DNA of 64,000 nucleotides from Terriglobia bacterium (GTDB lineage Bacteria; Acidobacteriota; Terriglobia; 20CM-2-55-15): NCBI GenBank assembly GCA_965218585.1, contig CBDCLE010000026.1, positions 1 to 64,000 of the forward strand, read 5' to 3'. Shown piece by piece: positions 21,319 to 32,566 of this stretch (position 1 is its first letter; each line of letters starts with the position of its first letter). The notes under the pieces were generated by a model. It saw only the letters and a program-made list of their open reading frames with translations, ran no database searches and was not told where the DNA came from. The position numbers and the translations under genes were made by a program.

Positions 21319-23577
21319 GTGGGAAACGGGTACATGTGCCGAGGGGTTAGGAAGCGCTTGTCGAGGCGAAGCAAAGTAGTTCAAACAACATGGAAAATTT
21401 CGATCTGGGTCCTGCTAGCCGCAGTGGGCGGCCATTGGGCCGAGGCCGCTCAGACCACGACTCCAACGCCATTGGTCGGTGCCAGTCGCAGAGCCGAGAC
21501 TGTGCGGGTTTCCACAGGTCCGGAAATAGACGGCGAGGTTCTCGACGACCCGGCCTGGGCTGCAGCGCCCGTATTGACCGGTTTTTGGCAAACGCGACCG
21601 GTTGAAGGCGAAGCCGCGTCGGAGCGAACCGAAGTCCGCGTCGGGCACACCACAGACGACCTCTATATAGGTGTCGTGGCTTATGATCGCGATCCAGCCG
21701 GGATCTTCACCACCGACGCGCGGCGGGACGCCTCGCTGAACGAGACCGACAGCTTTCAGATCGTTCTCGACACATACTTCGATCGCCAAAACGGCTTTGT
21801 CTTCGGGACGAATCCGGCCGGCGCCGAGTACGACGGGCAGGTCACCAGTGACGGGTCTTTCAACATCAACTGGGACGGCTCCTGGACGGTCAGCACACAG
21901 ATCTCGGACATCGGCTGGAGCGCCGAATTTGCCATACCCCTGCGCACACTCCGTTATCCGGCTACCGAAATGCAGACCTGGGGCGTCAACTTCCAGCGCA
22001 ACATCCGGCGCCGCAACGAATCCGCGTTCTGGGCGCCTCTGTCGCGCCAGTACGACTTGAATCGCATCTCCCTGGCCGGACAGATCGAAGGACTGGAGAT
22101 TCCGTCTCCCCGGAACCTGCAGTTCACGCCGTACGTGCTCGGAAGCTCACGGCAGAGGGGGAGGCAGCTGAATGGCTCGGCTACGATCGGAGAGGTTGGT
22201 GGCGACATCAAATACGGCATCACACCGAGCCTCGCGCTGGACGTGACGATCAATACCGATTTTGCCCAGGTCGAGGTCGACCAGCAGCAGATCAACCTGG
22301 ACCGTTTCAGCCTGTTCTTCCCTGAGAAACGACCGTTTTTTCTCGAAAACGCGGGGCTCTTTACCGTTGGGGTTTCACGCGAGGCCGAGTTGTTTTTCAG
22401 CAGACGGATCGGCATCGGCCCGGGCGGACAGGCCATTCCCATCCTGGGCGGTGCCCGATTGACAGGCCGTATCGGCGAAGGCATGGATATTGGACTCCTC
22501 AACATTCAGACCGACGCCGTCCCCGGAGTCGCGCCGTCGAACAACTTCAGTGTCGCGCGCGTCAGGCGCGAGCTGCGGAACCGTTCGGCAATCGGTGCGA
22601 TTTTCGTCAACCGGCAGGCGACTGGAGACCTAGCAGGTCAGGATGACTACAACCGGAGCTACGCTGTGGACGGGCGGCTCGGAATCGGACAGAACGGCCT
22701 GATTTCCGGCTTCCTTGCCAAGACCCAGACCCCGGGCCTCTCCGGTGACGACTACGCTTACCAGCTCAGCTCGAGCCTCACCATCCCGGTGGCACGGCTG
22801 ACCGCCAACTATTCCGATGTGGGTGATAACTTCAATCCGGAAGTAGGTTTTCTCTCCCGCGGCGGTTTTCGCAAGCTGAACGGTTCAGCATTTTTCACCT
22901 TTATTCGCCCGCCGGGCCTCGAAATGTTTCAGGAGGTTCGGCCGCATGTGAACTACACCGGCTACTGGAACCACCAGGGCTTCCAAGAGACGATGAACAT
23001 CCACATCGATTCGCATTGGGAGCTGCGCGCCGGGCACGAGTTCCATACGGGCGGGAACGTTACCAGCCAGGGCGTGGTCGCCCCCTTCGAGATATTCCCG
23101 GGCGTCGTCGTAGGGCCGGGTACTTACGATCACGTGGAAGCGCAGCCGGTGTTTTTCACCAACCAGGGCGCACCATTCAGCGTCAGCTTGAGAGGAGTGT
23201 TCGGCGGTTTCTTCGGCGGTAGCCGCAAGCAGTGGAGACCCTCGATGCGCCTCCGTCTTGGGGAAACTTTCGACAGCGAGCTCAGCTTCACGCACAACGA
23301 CATCGACCTGCCGGGAGGCGCGTTCACGACGAACCTCTGGAGCTCCCGGATTTCATACTCCTTTACGCCACGGGTCTACGCACAGTCCCTGGTCCAGTAC
23401 AACGACAGGGCCCAGGTCTGGTCATCGAACCTGCGCTTTGGCTGGCTCAGCGACGCGAACACCGGACTCTTCGTGGTCTACAACGACACGCAGGGGCTGG
23501 CCGGAAACACGGCTCTCAGCCGCGCAGACCGCAGCCTGACGATAAAGTTCAGCAGGGTGTTCAACCTGATCAACTGA
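21319..23577 (+). CDS. CBM9-like + DUF5916 outer-membrane protein #1
   Basis: PEIDG, F..NP.G...D, WSAEFAIP, NTDFAQVEVD, FFPEKRPFFLE and FFSRRIG motifs; start uncertain. Confidence 0.85.
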   Translation: MGNGYMCRGVRKRLSRRSKVVQTTWKISIWVLLAAVGGHWAEAAQTTTPTPLVGASRRAETVRVSTGPEIDGEVLDDPAWAAAPVLTGFWQTRPVEGEAASERTEVRVGHTTDDLYIGVVAYDRDPAGIFTTDARRDASLNETDSFQIVLDTYFDRQNGFVFGTNPAGAEYDGQVTSDGSFNINWDGSWTVSTQISDIGWSAEFAIPLRTLRYPATEMQTWGVNFQRNIRRRNESAFWAPLSRQYDLNRISLAGQIEGLEIPSPRNLQFTPYVLGSSRQRGRQLNGSATIGEVGGDIKYGITPSLALDVTINTDFAQVEVDQQQINLDRFSLFFPEKRPFFLENAGLFTVGVSREAELFFSRRIGIGPGGQAIPILGGARLTGRIGEGMDIGLLNIQTDAVPGVAPSNNFSVARVRRELRNRSAIGAIFVNRQATGDLAGQDDYNRSYAVDGRLGIGQNGLISGFLAKTQTPGLSGDDYAYQLSSSLTIPVARLTANYSDVGDNFNPEVGFLSRGGFRKLNGSAFFTFIRPPGLEMFQEVRPHVNYTGYWNHQGFQETMNIHIDSHWELRAGHEFHTGGNVTSQGVVAPFEIFPGVVVGPGTYDHVEAQPVFFTNQGAPFSVSLRGVFGGFFGGSRKQWRPSMRLRLGETFDSELSFTHNDIDLPGGAFTTNLWSSRISYSFTPRVYAQSLVQYNDRAQVWSSNLRFGWLSDANTGLFVVYNDTQGLAGNTALSRADRSLTIKFSRVFNLIN

Positions 23578-24174
23578 GAGTGGTAGCGGAAACTGGAAAA
23601 AAGGAGCGAAGGCCTGGGTCCGGGGAGTCTCTCCTACCGAGGATCCTGACCCGGCTCTTCCTCAACGTCGGAAACTTCCAGACCTCCAGTGATGCCCTGT
23701 ACCTGATTTCCAACCTGGATGGATCGGGTTATCGCTATTTCTGCCGGCGAAAAGCCCTGGGGATCGACACTGCCACAGGAAAAAGCTCTCAAGGTGCACT
23801 CTGAGGTGGTGTGCACGATTCCCCTTTCCTCCATCATCCGGGTCATCAAGGCTGTGGCATCCTCCATGTGGAGGATCGCGTTGTTCGGCCGGAAGCTCCC
23901 TACGCCGATCGCATAGTCGATCGGCATCAGCGGTTCGATGCTCCCACCGAATACGCCATCGTTCTTCTTGCCCAGGTCATGGGCAGAGAGGTCTGCGCCG
24001 GCGTCCACCAGGTACTGTATGATCTCGACCTCTCCGAAGTTGGCTGCCATCATCAGCGGTGTAATACGCTATAAGGAAGGACGCCCCTTTGTCGGCTGTT
24101 GCCAGGAGGAAAATCTCCCGACAACAACCCATTCAACGTAGCTGCGTTGAATTCAAAGACAAAGGAGCACGTAA

Positions 24175-25236
24175 ATGAAACAGGCCAAGTATATCGGCAT
24201 GGATGTGCACCAGGCAACGACGGTGGTGATGGTCTTAAACGCAGACGGCAAACTGGTCTGGGAAAAGATCGTAGAGACCCAGGCCGGGCCAATCATTGAT
24301 TTGCTGGAGAGTCTGAGTGGTGAGCTGCACGTGACGTTTGAAGAAACCACGCAGGCCGAATGGCTCTACAACGTGGTCCGGGGATATGTGAGCGAAGTGA
24401 TCGTGTGTGATCCCAGACGGAACAAACTGCTCAGTGACGGGTCCAAGACCGACCGGGTGGATGCCCTGAAACTGGCCGAGCTGCTCCGGGCCGGATGGCT
24501 GCGGTCGGTCTACCACGGGCACGATGCGACGCGGACGTTGAAAGAACTGGTCCGCGGATATGAGACCTTGACCCTGGATACGCAGCGGACGATGGTTCGG
24601 ATCAAGGCAATGTATCGAGGACGTGGGATCCGGACGCCGGGCCACGGCGTCTACCTCCCATCGCAGCGGGAACACTGGATCGAACAGCTCGCCAATACCG
24701 GTGCACGGCGGCGTACCGGATGGTTGTATGAGGAGCTGGATCATCTGAGAGGGTTAAGAAAAAAAGCGAAGCTGGCGATGTTAACCGAGAGCCGCAAGCA
24801 TCGTGCGGTGGGGATATTGCAGACGATTCCCCAGTTGGGACCGATACGTTGCGCCTTGATTGTAGCGACGGGGGACACCCCGCATCGATTTCGAACCAAA
24901 CGCCAGCTCTGGAACTACAGCGGTCTGGCCGTGGCAATGCACATGAGTGCGGAGTATGAGCAGGAAGGGAGTCGTGTGGTACGTCGTCGAAAGCCGATCG
25001 CCACGCGGGGACTGAACCGCAACGGCAACCGACGTTTGAAAGATGTGTTCATCGGGGCGGCGACCGGAGGCATGGGGGCCGAACCTTGGAAAAGCTACCT
25101 GGAGGGGCTCCAGAAAGACGGCAAGCGTAAGGAGATGGCTCGGCTGACACTGGCGAGGAAGATTGCAGCGACCGCACTGAAGATGTGGAAGAAAGGAGAC
25201 ACGTTTAACGCAAAGAAACTGAACTTGGCGACATAG
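24175..25236 (+). CDS. IS110-family DEDD recombinase
   Basis: YIGMDVH, FEE, KTDRVDA, TIPQLG, YSGL, GNRRLK and LARK motifs. Confidence 0.95.
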   Translation: MKQAKYIGMDVHQATTVVMVLNADGKLVWEKIVETQAGPIIDLLESLSGELHVTFEETTQAEWLYNVVRGYVSEVIVCDPRRNKLLSDGSKTDRVDALKLAELLRAGWLRSVYHGHDATRTLKELVRGYETLTLDTQRTMVRIKAMYRGRGIRTPGHGVYLPSQREHWIEQLANTGARRRTGWLYEELDHLRGLRKKAKLAMLTESRKHRAVGILQTIPQLGPIRCALIVATGDTPHRFRTKRQLWNYSGLAVAMHMSAEYEQEGSRVVRRRKPIATRGLNRNGNRRLKDVFIGAATGGMGAEPWKSYLEGLQKDGKRKEMARLTLARKIAATALKMWKKGDTFNAKKLNLAT

Positions 25237-25600
25237 CCGTTTCCAGACTTCTGCCGACAGCGCGAGGCATTCGACCGCTCGTCGTCGGTGAGGCGTCGGA
25301 ACGGTAGGGTCGAGGGTGAGGATCCGATACGCGGTTGGCACACAGCGCTTGCTGAAGGCCCATGTAATACTCTATCCCCCCTCGCACGACCTGGAAAAGC
25401 GATAGCCCTCGAGGCTCAGATAGAACCGTGGTCGGCAATCACGACCCCTTTGCGCTTTTCAGTTTCTCGAAACCACACCACGTTGTGATGAGTGATCGAC
25501 TTCTCTGCGATGCCGGATCAACAGTTCGTCTCAACGGAGACAGGGGCTGGCTGCCACGACAGTGTTGGGTACGGTGGTCCGCTCGGCGGGGACGTGTTTC
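25237..25600 (+). ncRNA. Candidate bridge/seekRNA region
   Basis: ~390-nt non-coding end containing TGTAATAC and ACCGTGGTCG, which match the reconstructed target. RNA boundaries unknown. Confidence 0.6.
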
Positions 25601-27164
25601 TCTTGACAGCCCCTTCCATAGAAACGTGGTCGCAGGCCCAATTCACATCGGCCCCAACTTCCACCAGCAGTTGGATGGTCTCGAGCCGTTCTCCGGTAGA
25701 TCTTCCCTGACTGTAGCCATCGATCCACGCGTATCCTGAAGCGGCCAGGAGCGGTGTCTCGTTCTCGCTGTTCCGAACCAGAGGATCCGCACCGTAAGAG
25801 AGCAGGAGTCGAACCAGTTCGGGGTCGCCCGAGTACGCCGCACGCATCAGTGATGTCGCAAACAAGGTCCGCGGTGATCCGCCGAAGTTTCTACGGGATC
25901 TCGGGGTGTTGTTGATGAACGTATTCGGGTCCGCGCCGGCGTCCAGAAGTTCCTCGATCAGGGGAAGCGGATCCGTGGTCTCCGTCCAGGGGAAACCGGG
26001 GCTCCACTCCATATTCCGGCGATCCACCGCCCAGAAAAGCGGCGGAAAGCCTTCCGCGTCGGCATGATTCACATCCGCATCTTTGTCGATCAGGAAGGAT
26101 GCAAGCTCAAAATGGCCGTTGTAGATTGCCATCCCCAACGGGTTTTTCCCGTCGGCCGCAGCCTGATTCACGTCCGCTCCGGCAGCAATCAAAAGGCGCG
26201 AAGCTTCCAGTTGACCTTCCCGTGCCGCAAACAGCAAGGGCGTGAGCCCACCGTTCGCGTACCCGATCGGCTCGGCATCGGGGTCGGCATCCTCTGGCGC
26301 GGTTCCCTCGGCTCCCCACCTGTTGGCTACCGCCACGACCTTTGAACGAGCATTGACGTCTGCGCCGCTGTCAAGGAGCATCTCCACAGCGATCGGGTGG
26401 TGCTCGGAAATAGCCCACATCAAGGCGGACGTACCGCCCCAGGCCTCCTGAGTATTGACCTCGGCTCCGCTGTCTAACAGCACCTGGATCGCGTCAGCGT
26501 CCCCGGTTCGTGCCGCCATCATGAGCGCAGTATCTCCATCCTGGGTCAGTCCGGCATTCGGGTCCGCTCCAGCCTCAAGAAGCTTCCCGATCATGGCCGC
26601 GTTCCCGTTAATCGTGGCAAGCCGCATCGGTGTGACGCCTGCTCGATTCGCGGCTGAGACATTCGCGCCTGCACGGATCAACAGTTCCGAAGTTTCCAGA
26701 TCGCCGTGGTGCACTGCCCAATGGAGAGCGGTCGTGCCGTCAACTTGAGGGGCATTGACATAGTCGAGGAACTCGCGCAAACGTTCGATTGCCAGATCCG
26801 TTTCGGCGGCTTTCTGCTCCAGCAGAGAACGCACAGCCTCCTGATCCCGATTCATGGCCGCGTCAGCAACATCATCAGCCCCAGCTGGGGGCACCGACAG
26901 CAAGATGACCAAACAGCACCCGAGTACGGGTCTCACGAACATGTGTTGCCTCCCCAAGCTCACCTTCTTCGAACACTTCAGCGACTTTCGATCTTCTACC
27001 ATTCTCCTCCAATGGTTACAACAAAAACGTTGGCGTAAAGCTCTGACCTCACTCGGAAAAACCAGGGAAATAGGTTGCGAACACCTTAGCGTTCGGCAGA
27101 TAGTACCTTGGTCGGCAAGTTTACCAGTCGCAGGCTAAGGTGAGGGACCGCAAATGGAGCAAGG

Positions 27165-29572
27165 ATGAAGATGACGCTGAAGAAGACGCTATTGCCCCTT
27201 GGCGTGGCAATCATGTCCGTGGTTCTCAGCTATGGTTGGGCAGCCGGGCCCGAGGGACAGTCCGGGGCCGCTACCCGAAGTGTGGTCGGCGCCCAACGTG
27301 CCCTTCTGGATCAGTACTGCGTCGCCTGCCATAGCGACCAGGCCAGAACGGCCAACCTCTCCCTCGAAAACCTCGACCTCGCGACTATAGGTGAGGATGC
27401 AGAGTTGTGGGAGAGCGTCGTGCGGAAGCTTCGCGCCGGCATGATGCCGCCGCCGGGAATGCCTCGGCCGCCTTTGGAAGACTACGAGGCGCTCAGGGAT
27501 TGGCTGGAGGCTGAAATCGATCGTACGGCTTCTCTGAATCCCGGAACGAAAGTACTTCATCGCCTGAACCGAACTGAGTACGCCAATGTCATTCGCGATC
27601 TGCTGGATCTCGAGATCGACGCCGCGATGTTCCTGCCGCCGGACGATTCGAGCAGGGGATTCGACAACATCGCGGGGTCGCTGACGATCTCTCCGACACT
27701 GCTGGAAACTTACGTGACGGCGGCGACGAAATTCGCGCGCATGGCGGTTGGTTACTGGAGGACACCGACCGAATCGCTCTACATAAAGCGAACCGATAGT
27801 TCTCAGAATCAACGATTGGAAGGTCTGCCTTTTGGCACCCGTGGCGGAATGGCTGTTCGCCATGTTTTCCCCGCCGACGGCGAATACACGTTTACGATTC
27901 GGAACCTCGGTGTCGGCACCTACATTCCGGGCGAGCAGTTTGAACTCAGCGTCGACGGCGAAAGAGTGCATCAATGGCTGTATACCGGTATGGGGTGGCC
28001 GGAGGAATGAACTCGGCCGGGGATGGACAGCTGGAAGTGACTCTTCCGATGAAGGCAGGCTCACATCTGGTGGGAGCCACCTTCGTGGCCACGAACTACC
28101 GGCCCAGCCTCGATGTGGTTCAACACTTCGAGCGAAAGTCACTCGAAAACGGCAGAGTCCGGGAGTTGAGCAACTACCCGATAATCGGCGCCGTGAGGAT
28201 TGAGGGGCCCTTCAACGCCACGCGTCCGACCGATTCTCCAAGCATCCGCAGGGTCTTCACATGCCGGCCTTCAACCATCAACGAAGAGGAACCCTGCGCC
28301 AGGGAAATCATTTCGACGCTGGCCGAGCGCGCCTACCGGCGCTCGGCAACCGCGGACGACCTTGAAACATTGATGGTTTTTTACGAGGACGGCCGCGGCA
28401 ACGGCACCTTCGAGGACGGCATCGAGATGGCGCTCCGGCGACTCCTGGCGAGCCCGCAGTTTCTTGTACGGGCCGAAAGAGAGCCTGCCGATCTCGCTCC
28501 CGGTGAAACTTATCGCATCACGGATCTGGAGTTGGCCTCTCGTCTGTCCTTTTTCCTTTGGAGCACTATTCCGGACGAGGAACTGATCGAGGTCGCCGGC
28601 CAGGGAAGGCTGAGCAATCCAACCGTGCTCGAGGAGCAGGTGCGGCGCATGCTCGCTGATCCCCGATCGGAAAGCTTGGTAAACAACTTCGCCCAGCAAT
28701 GGCTGTACCTGCGGAATCTGGCAACGACGGCTCCGGCGCAAACAGTCTTTCCCGACTGGGATGACGAGCTACGAGAGGGTTTCGCCCGTGAGACGGAACT
28801 GCTCTTTGAAAGCATCATGCGCGAGGATCGCAGCGTTCTCGACATGTTGAGGGCAGACTACACGTTTCTCAATGAGCGGCTCGCCAAGCACTACGGCATC
28901 CCCAACATTTATGGGTCCCATTTCCGTCGCGTCGATCTCGGGCCGGAACTGGACTATCGTCGCGGGGTGTTGGGACATGGAAGCTTCCTGTCGACAACCT
29001 GGGTTCAAAATAACCGGACTTCGCCAGTCAAGCGGGGCGTGTGGGTTCTTGAAAACATCCTCGGCACCCCCCCTCCGGCACCTCCGCCGAACGTCCCGGC
29101 TTTGGAGGAGACCGATGCCGATGGACCCGGCAGAACCCTGACATTGCGTGAACAGATGACACTGCACCGAAGCATGGAGCCTTGCGCAAGTTGCCACCGG
29201 ATCATGGACCCGATCGGCTTCGCACTCGAAAACTTCACCGCGGATGCAAAGTGGCGGGCACGGGGCGGGGGCGACGAGGGAGCTCCGATCGATGCGGCCG
29301 TTGAGCTATATGATGGCACCCTTGTCGACGGGCCCGCCGAATTGAGACAGGCGCTTCTGCGATATTCGCCGCAATTTGTCCGTATGGTGACCGAGAAAAT
29401 GATGACCTACGCCCTGGGCCGGGGAGTCGAGTATTTCGACATGCCCGTCATCCGCTCGATCGTGCGGGATGCGGAACAGAATGACAATCGATTCTCGTCG
29501 ATCCTGCTGGGGATCGTCGGGAGCGCCCCGTTTCAGATGAGAACGAAGACGGAAGGAACGGCCGCAGAATGA
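27165..29572 (+). pseudogene. DUF1592-family (PSD/PSCyt) cytochrome c protein #1, frameshift ~27990
   Basis: CVACH, HRLNRTEY, GFDN, ELASRLSFFLW, TSPVKRG, CASCH and DPIGFALENF motifs split over two frames. Confidence 0.85.
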
Positions 29573-29641
29573 GTCGCAAAAAGAAACAGACGTTGCGATC
29601 GGTGTGGCGATGGGTTTAAAAAGGAATCAGCGAGGAGACCG

Positions 29642-30982
29642 ATGATGTTCATCACAAAAAAACACATCCCCCGCCGTACGTTTCTGCGGGGCGTAGGGGT
29701 AACTGTCGCCTTGCCGTTGCTCGAGGCGATGCTGCCCGCCGCAACGCCTCTACGCCAGACAGCGGCAAGCCCTGTGAAACGCTTTGTCGGCATATGGCAC
29801 CCCCATGGCGCAGCGCCCGGATACTGGAACCCTGTCCAGGAAGGTTCCGACTTCGAATTTTCGTTCATCACCAAACCGTTGGAGCCATTCCGCGACCGGA
29901 CAGTTCTCATCAGCGGCCTGGACTCCACGGCAGCTTATTCGACGCAGGAAGAACCCGGCGGCAATCACGCGCGGGGTGCGGTTCTGTTGTCCGGCACCCG
30001 CCCGCGAAGGGATGCGGTGAGTCCTATCTGGGTGTGACCATCGATCAACTGATCGCGAACAGGTACGGCCAGGACACGCTGTTGTCATCTGTTCAGCTCG
30101 GGATTGAAGATGCCAGCCACAACAGCGGCAATTGCAACTGGGGATACAGCTGCGCGTACACGAACTCGATCTCCTGGCCCAACCCCACGACACCGCTTCC
30201 AAACAGAAGTCAACCCGCGCATGGCCTTCGAGCGCATGTTCGGTGATGGATCGAGTCCGGAAGAGCGGCGTGCCGGACGCCTGGAAAGCGCCAGCGTTCT
30301 TGATTCGGTGACGCGCGAGATTCCCCGCTTCAAACGGGACCTTGGTTCCGGCGACTAAGCCCGGCTGGACGCCTATCTCGACAACGTTCGTGAGATCGAG
30401 CGGCGGATCATGCTTGCAGCCAACAACCCGGCAGCGGAAGTGTCTGCAGAGGTGCCGTTTGGCATACCGGAGAAAAAGGATGTCCATTTCAAGATCATGT
30501 ACGACCTGATGGTGTTGGCTTTTCAGGCTGATATCACGCGTTCGGCCACACTGATGTTGGGCCGTGACCTCTCCGGCACCACCTTCCCTGAATCCGGTTT
30601 TCTGGGAGGGTGGCACGGAATCTCGCACCACGGCGACATTCCATCGAACAAGGCCAGCTATGCCCTGGTCAACCGATATCACGTGGAAAACCTGGCGTAC
30701 TTCTGCGAGAAGCTGCGAAACACGCGCGATGGCGACGGCAATCTTCTGGATCACGTGCTGATTTACAAGAGCAGCAACATGGGCAACTCACATCGCCACG
30801 CGCATGAGAAAGTACCCACAATCCTCATCGGTGGGATCGACGGCACTTTCAAGGGCAACCGTCACCTTGTGTTCCCGGACAACACGCAAAGGTGCGCCAA
30901 CCTGCTGTTGAGCATCCTCCACCTGTACGGCATTGAACGGGACAGTATCGGAGAAAGCACCGGACCTCTCCCACTGGCCTGA
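29642..30982 (+). pseudogene. DUF1552 (HXXSHH) protein #1 with two frameshifts (~30024, ~30200) and TAA at 30356
   Basis: Tat-like RRTFLRG, YSCAYTNSISW, FERMFG and HGISHH motifs; paralogue of 36230-37648. Confidence 0.85.
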
Positions 30983-31069
30983 CAAACCGGGGCTTGGGTC
31001 GACATCCTTACTTTATCGCCGGCAGATGCTCATACTAAATCGAGTCTACAAAGGAAAGTTTCCAATGAA

Positions 31070-31651
31070 ATGGAAGCGGCAAGGGCTGCGCTGTGTGTGA
31101 TCCTGGTAGCGATGGTGGCCCCCCTCCACGCACAGTTCAGGAACGCGAGGCCGGCCAGGCCGGAAGTAACGTTGCCCGCCGGTCCGGCGAGGACCGTAAT
31201 ACTCAAGAACTGTACCGCATGCCACGGCATCGATGACTATGGTTATCACGCCATGGACAGGGCCGGATGGGACGAACTCATCGAGAGAATGAAAGTAACG
31301 CCGAGTGGCATTGTCGAGGGCGCCGTCATATCCGACGAAGACAAGGAAATTCTTCTGGATTGGCTCGTGGCTGAATTCGGCCCGGATTCGACCCCGTTTC
31401 CACGAGAATACGTCCCCCGCGAACTCAGCGAGAACGAATTCCTGTCTGATGATGATGCCGAAACACTCCTCGCTACGACGTGCGAGTCCTGTCACTCGCT
31501 GGATCGAGTAGAAGAGACCCGAGCCAACGATGAACAGTGGCGAGCCCTCCTCATCGCCATGATCGGCAGGGGAGCTCGGTTGACTTACAACGACGTGGAA
31601 CCTCTGGTCGAGTGGTTGGCCAGGACACGTGGCACGAACCCTGTGAATTGA
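31070..31651 (+). CDS. Di-heme cytochrome c
   Basis: Signal peptide; CTACH and CESCH, each followed by a W...M segment. Confidence 0.85.
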   Translation: MEAARAALCVILVAMVAPLHAQFRNARPARPEVTLPAGPARTVILKNCTACHGIDDYGYHAMDRAGWDELIERMKVTPSGIVEGAVISDEDKEILLDWLVAEFGPDSTPFPREYVPRELSENEFLSDDDAETLLATTCESCHSLDRVEETRANDEQWRALLIAMIGRGARLTYNDVEPLVEWLARTRGTNPVN

Positions 31652-31777
31652 ACGGAGCTGACAAGACCGAAGCGGTGCGACGGCATACGCTGTTGTCGTC
31701 AAAGCGTTCAGTACGTCGCTAATATTACTGTCACAGAAATAGTTTGGAACTGCGTTGTTCTGAACCAAGTTCACAGC

Positions 31778-32518
31778 ATGAAGAAACAGATCATTACCGC
31801 AACACTCGCGCTGATCGCGCTCACCGGTGCCGCGGCTCCGGCCCAGGACGGGCCGGCCGACAACATGAGCTTCTTCCTGACCAGCGTTGGGCGAGGCGAT
31901 GGCGCCAATCTGGGAGGTCTGGCGGGAGCCGACGCTCACTGCTATCGGCTGGCGACTTCCGTCGGCGCCGCGGACCGGACCTGGCGCGCATACCTGAGCA
32001 CCACCGGCCCGGGAAGCGTCAACGCGAGAGACCGTATCGGTGCAGGCCCCTGGTATAGCTACGCCGGCCTTCAAATCGCGGCAAACGTCGCCGACCTACA
32101 CTCGGAGAACAACAACCTCGACAAGGGGACGGCGCTCAGCGAAAAGGGCGAGATCACCAGCGGACGGGGCGACACGCCCAACCGGCATGACATTCTGACC
32201 GGTTCCAACCTTGACGGCACAGCGTTGGTCATACTCGCACCGGAAACCGAAGGTCGAGGTCGGGGCCGAGGCGACGTTGGTCGCGGACGGGGCGGTCGGG
32301 GAGGTCGTCCACCGAGACCGGAGCTGGTGGACCGAACGTGCCGCGACTGGACCAGTAACCAAGCGGATGGAGGCGCCGAGGTGGGACACTTCGACCGCGA
32401 GGGTGGGGGAACTAATCCGACTTCGTGGAATTCGGCGCACACCTCCAATGGCTGCGGTTCCGACAACCTTCAGGCCACCGGTGGAGACGGCCTGTTCTAC
32501 TGCTTTGCTATCGATTGA
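31778..32518 (+). CDS. Secreted lectin/endostatin-like (DUF1554-like) protein with RG-rich insert
   Basis: FFLTS, LGGLAGADAHC, WRAYLS, NARDRIG.GPW, HDILTGS and LFYCFA motifs. Confidence 0.8.
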   Translation: MKKQIITATLALIALTGAAAPAQDGPADNMSFFLTSVGRGDGANLGGLAGADAHCYRLATSVGAADRTWRAYLSTTGPGSVNARDRIGAGPWYSYAGLQIAANVADLHSENNNLDKGTALSEKGEITSGRGDTPNRHDILTGSNLDGTALVILAPETEGRGRGRGDVGRGRGGRGGRPPRPELVDRTCRDWTSNQADGGAEVGHFDREGGGTNPTSWNSAHTSNGCGSDNLQATGGDGLFYCFAID

Positions 32519-32566
32519 CTGCCTGATCGAAAACGATTCAGGCGCGTGCCCGGCCTTCGGTTTTTG

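Larger units (their letters stand above)
24068..25624 (+). mobile_element. IS110-family element with long 3' non-coding end (IS1111-like layout), no TSD
   Basis: Ends GCTATAAGGAAGG...CCCTTCCATAGAAA. Boundaries (+/- 1-2 nt) are inferred from restoring the ankyrin frame. Confidence 0.85.
23634..26942 (-). pseudogene. Secreted ankyrin-repeat protein split by IS110
   Basis: Many G.TALH/TPL...GADVN repeats. Removing 24068-25624 restores ...DVNWACDH-G-ITPLMMAA in frame. Confidence 0.88.
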
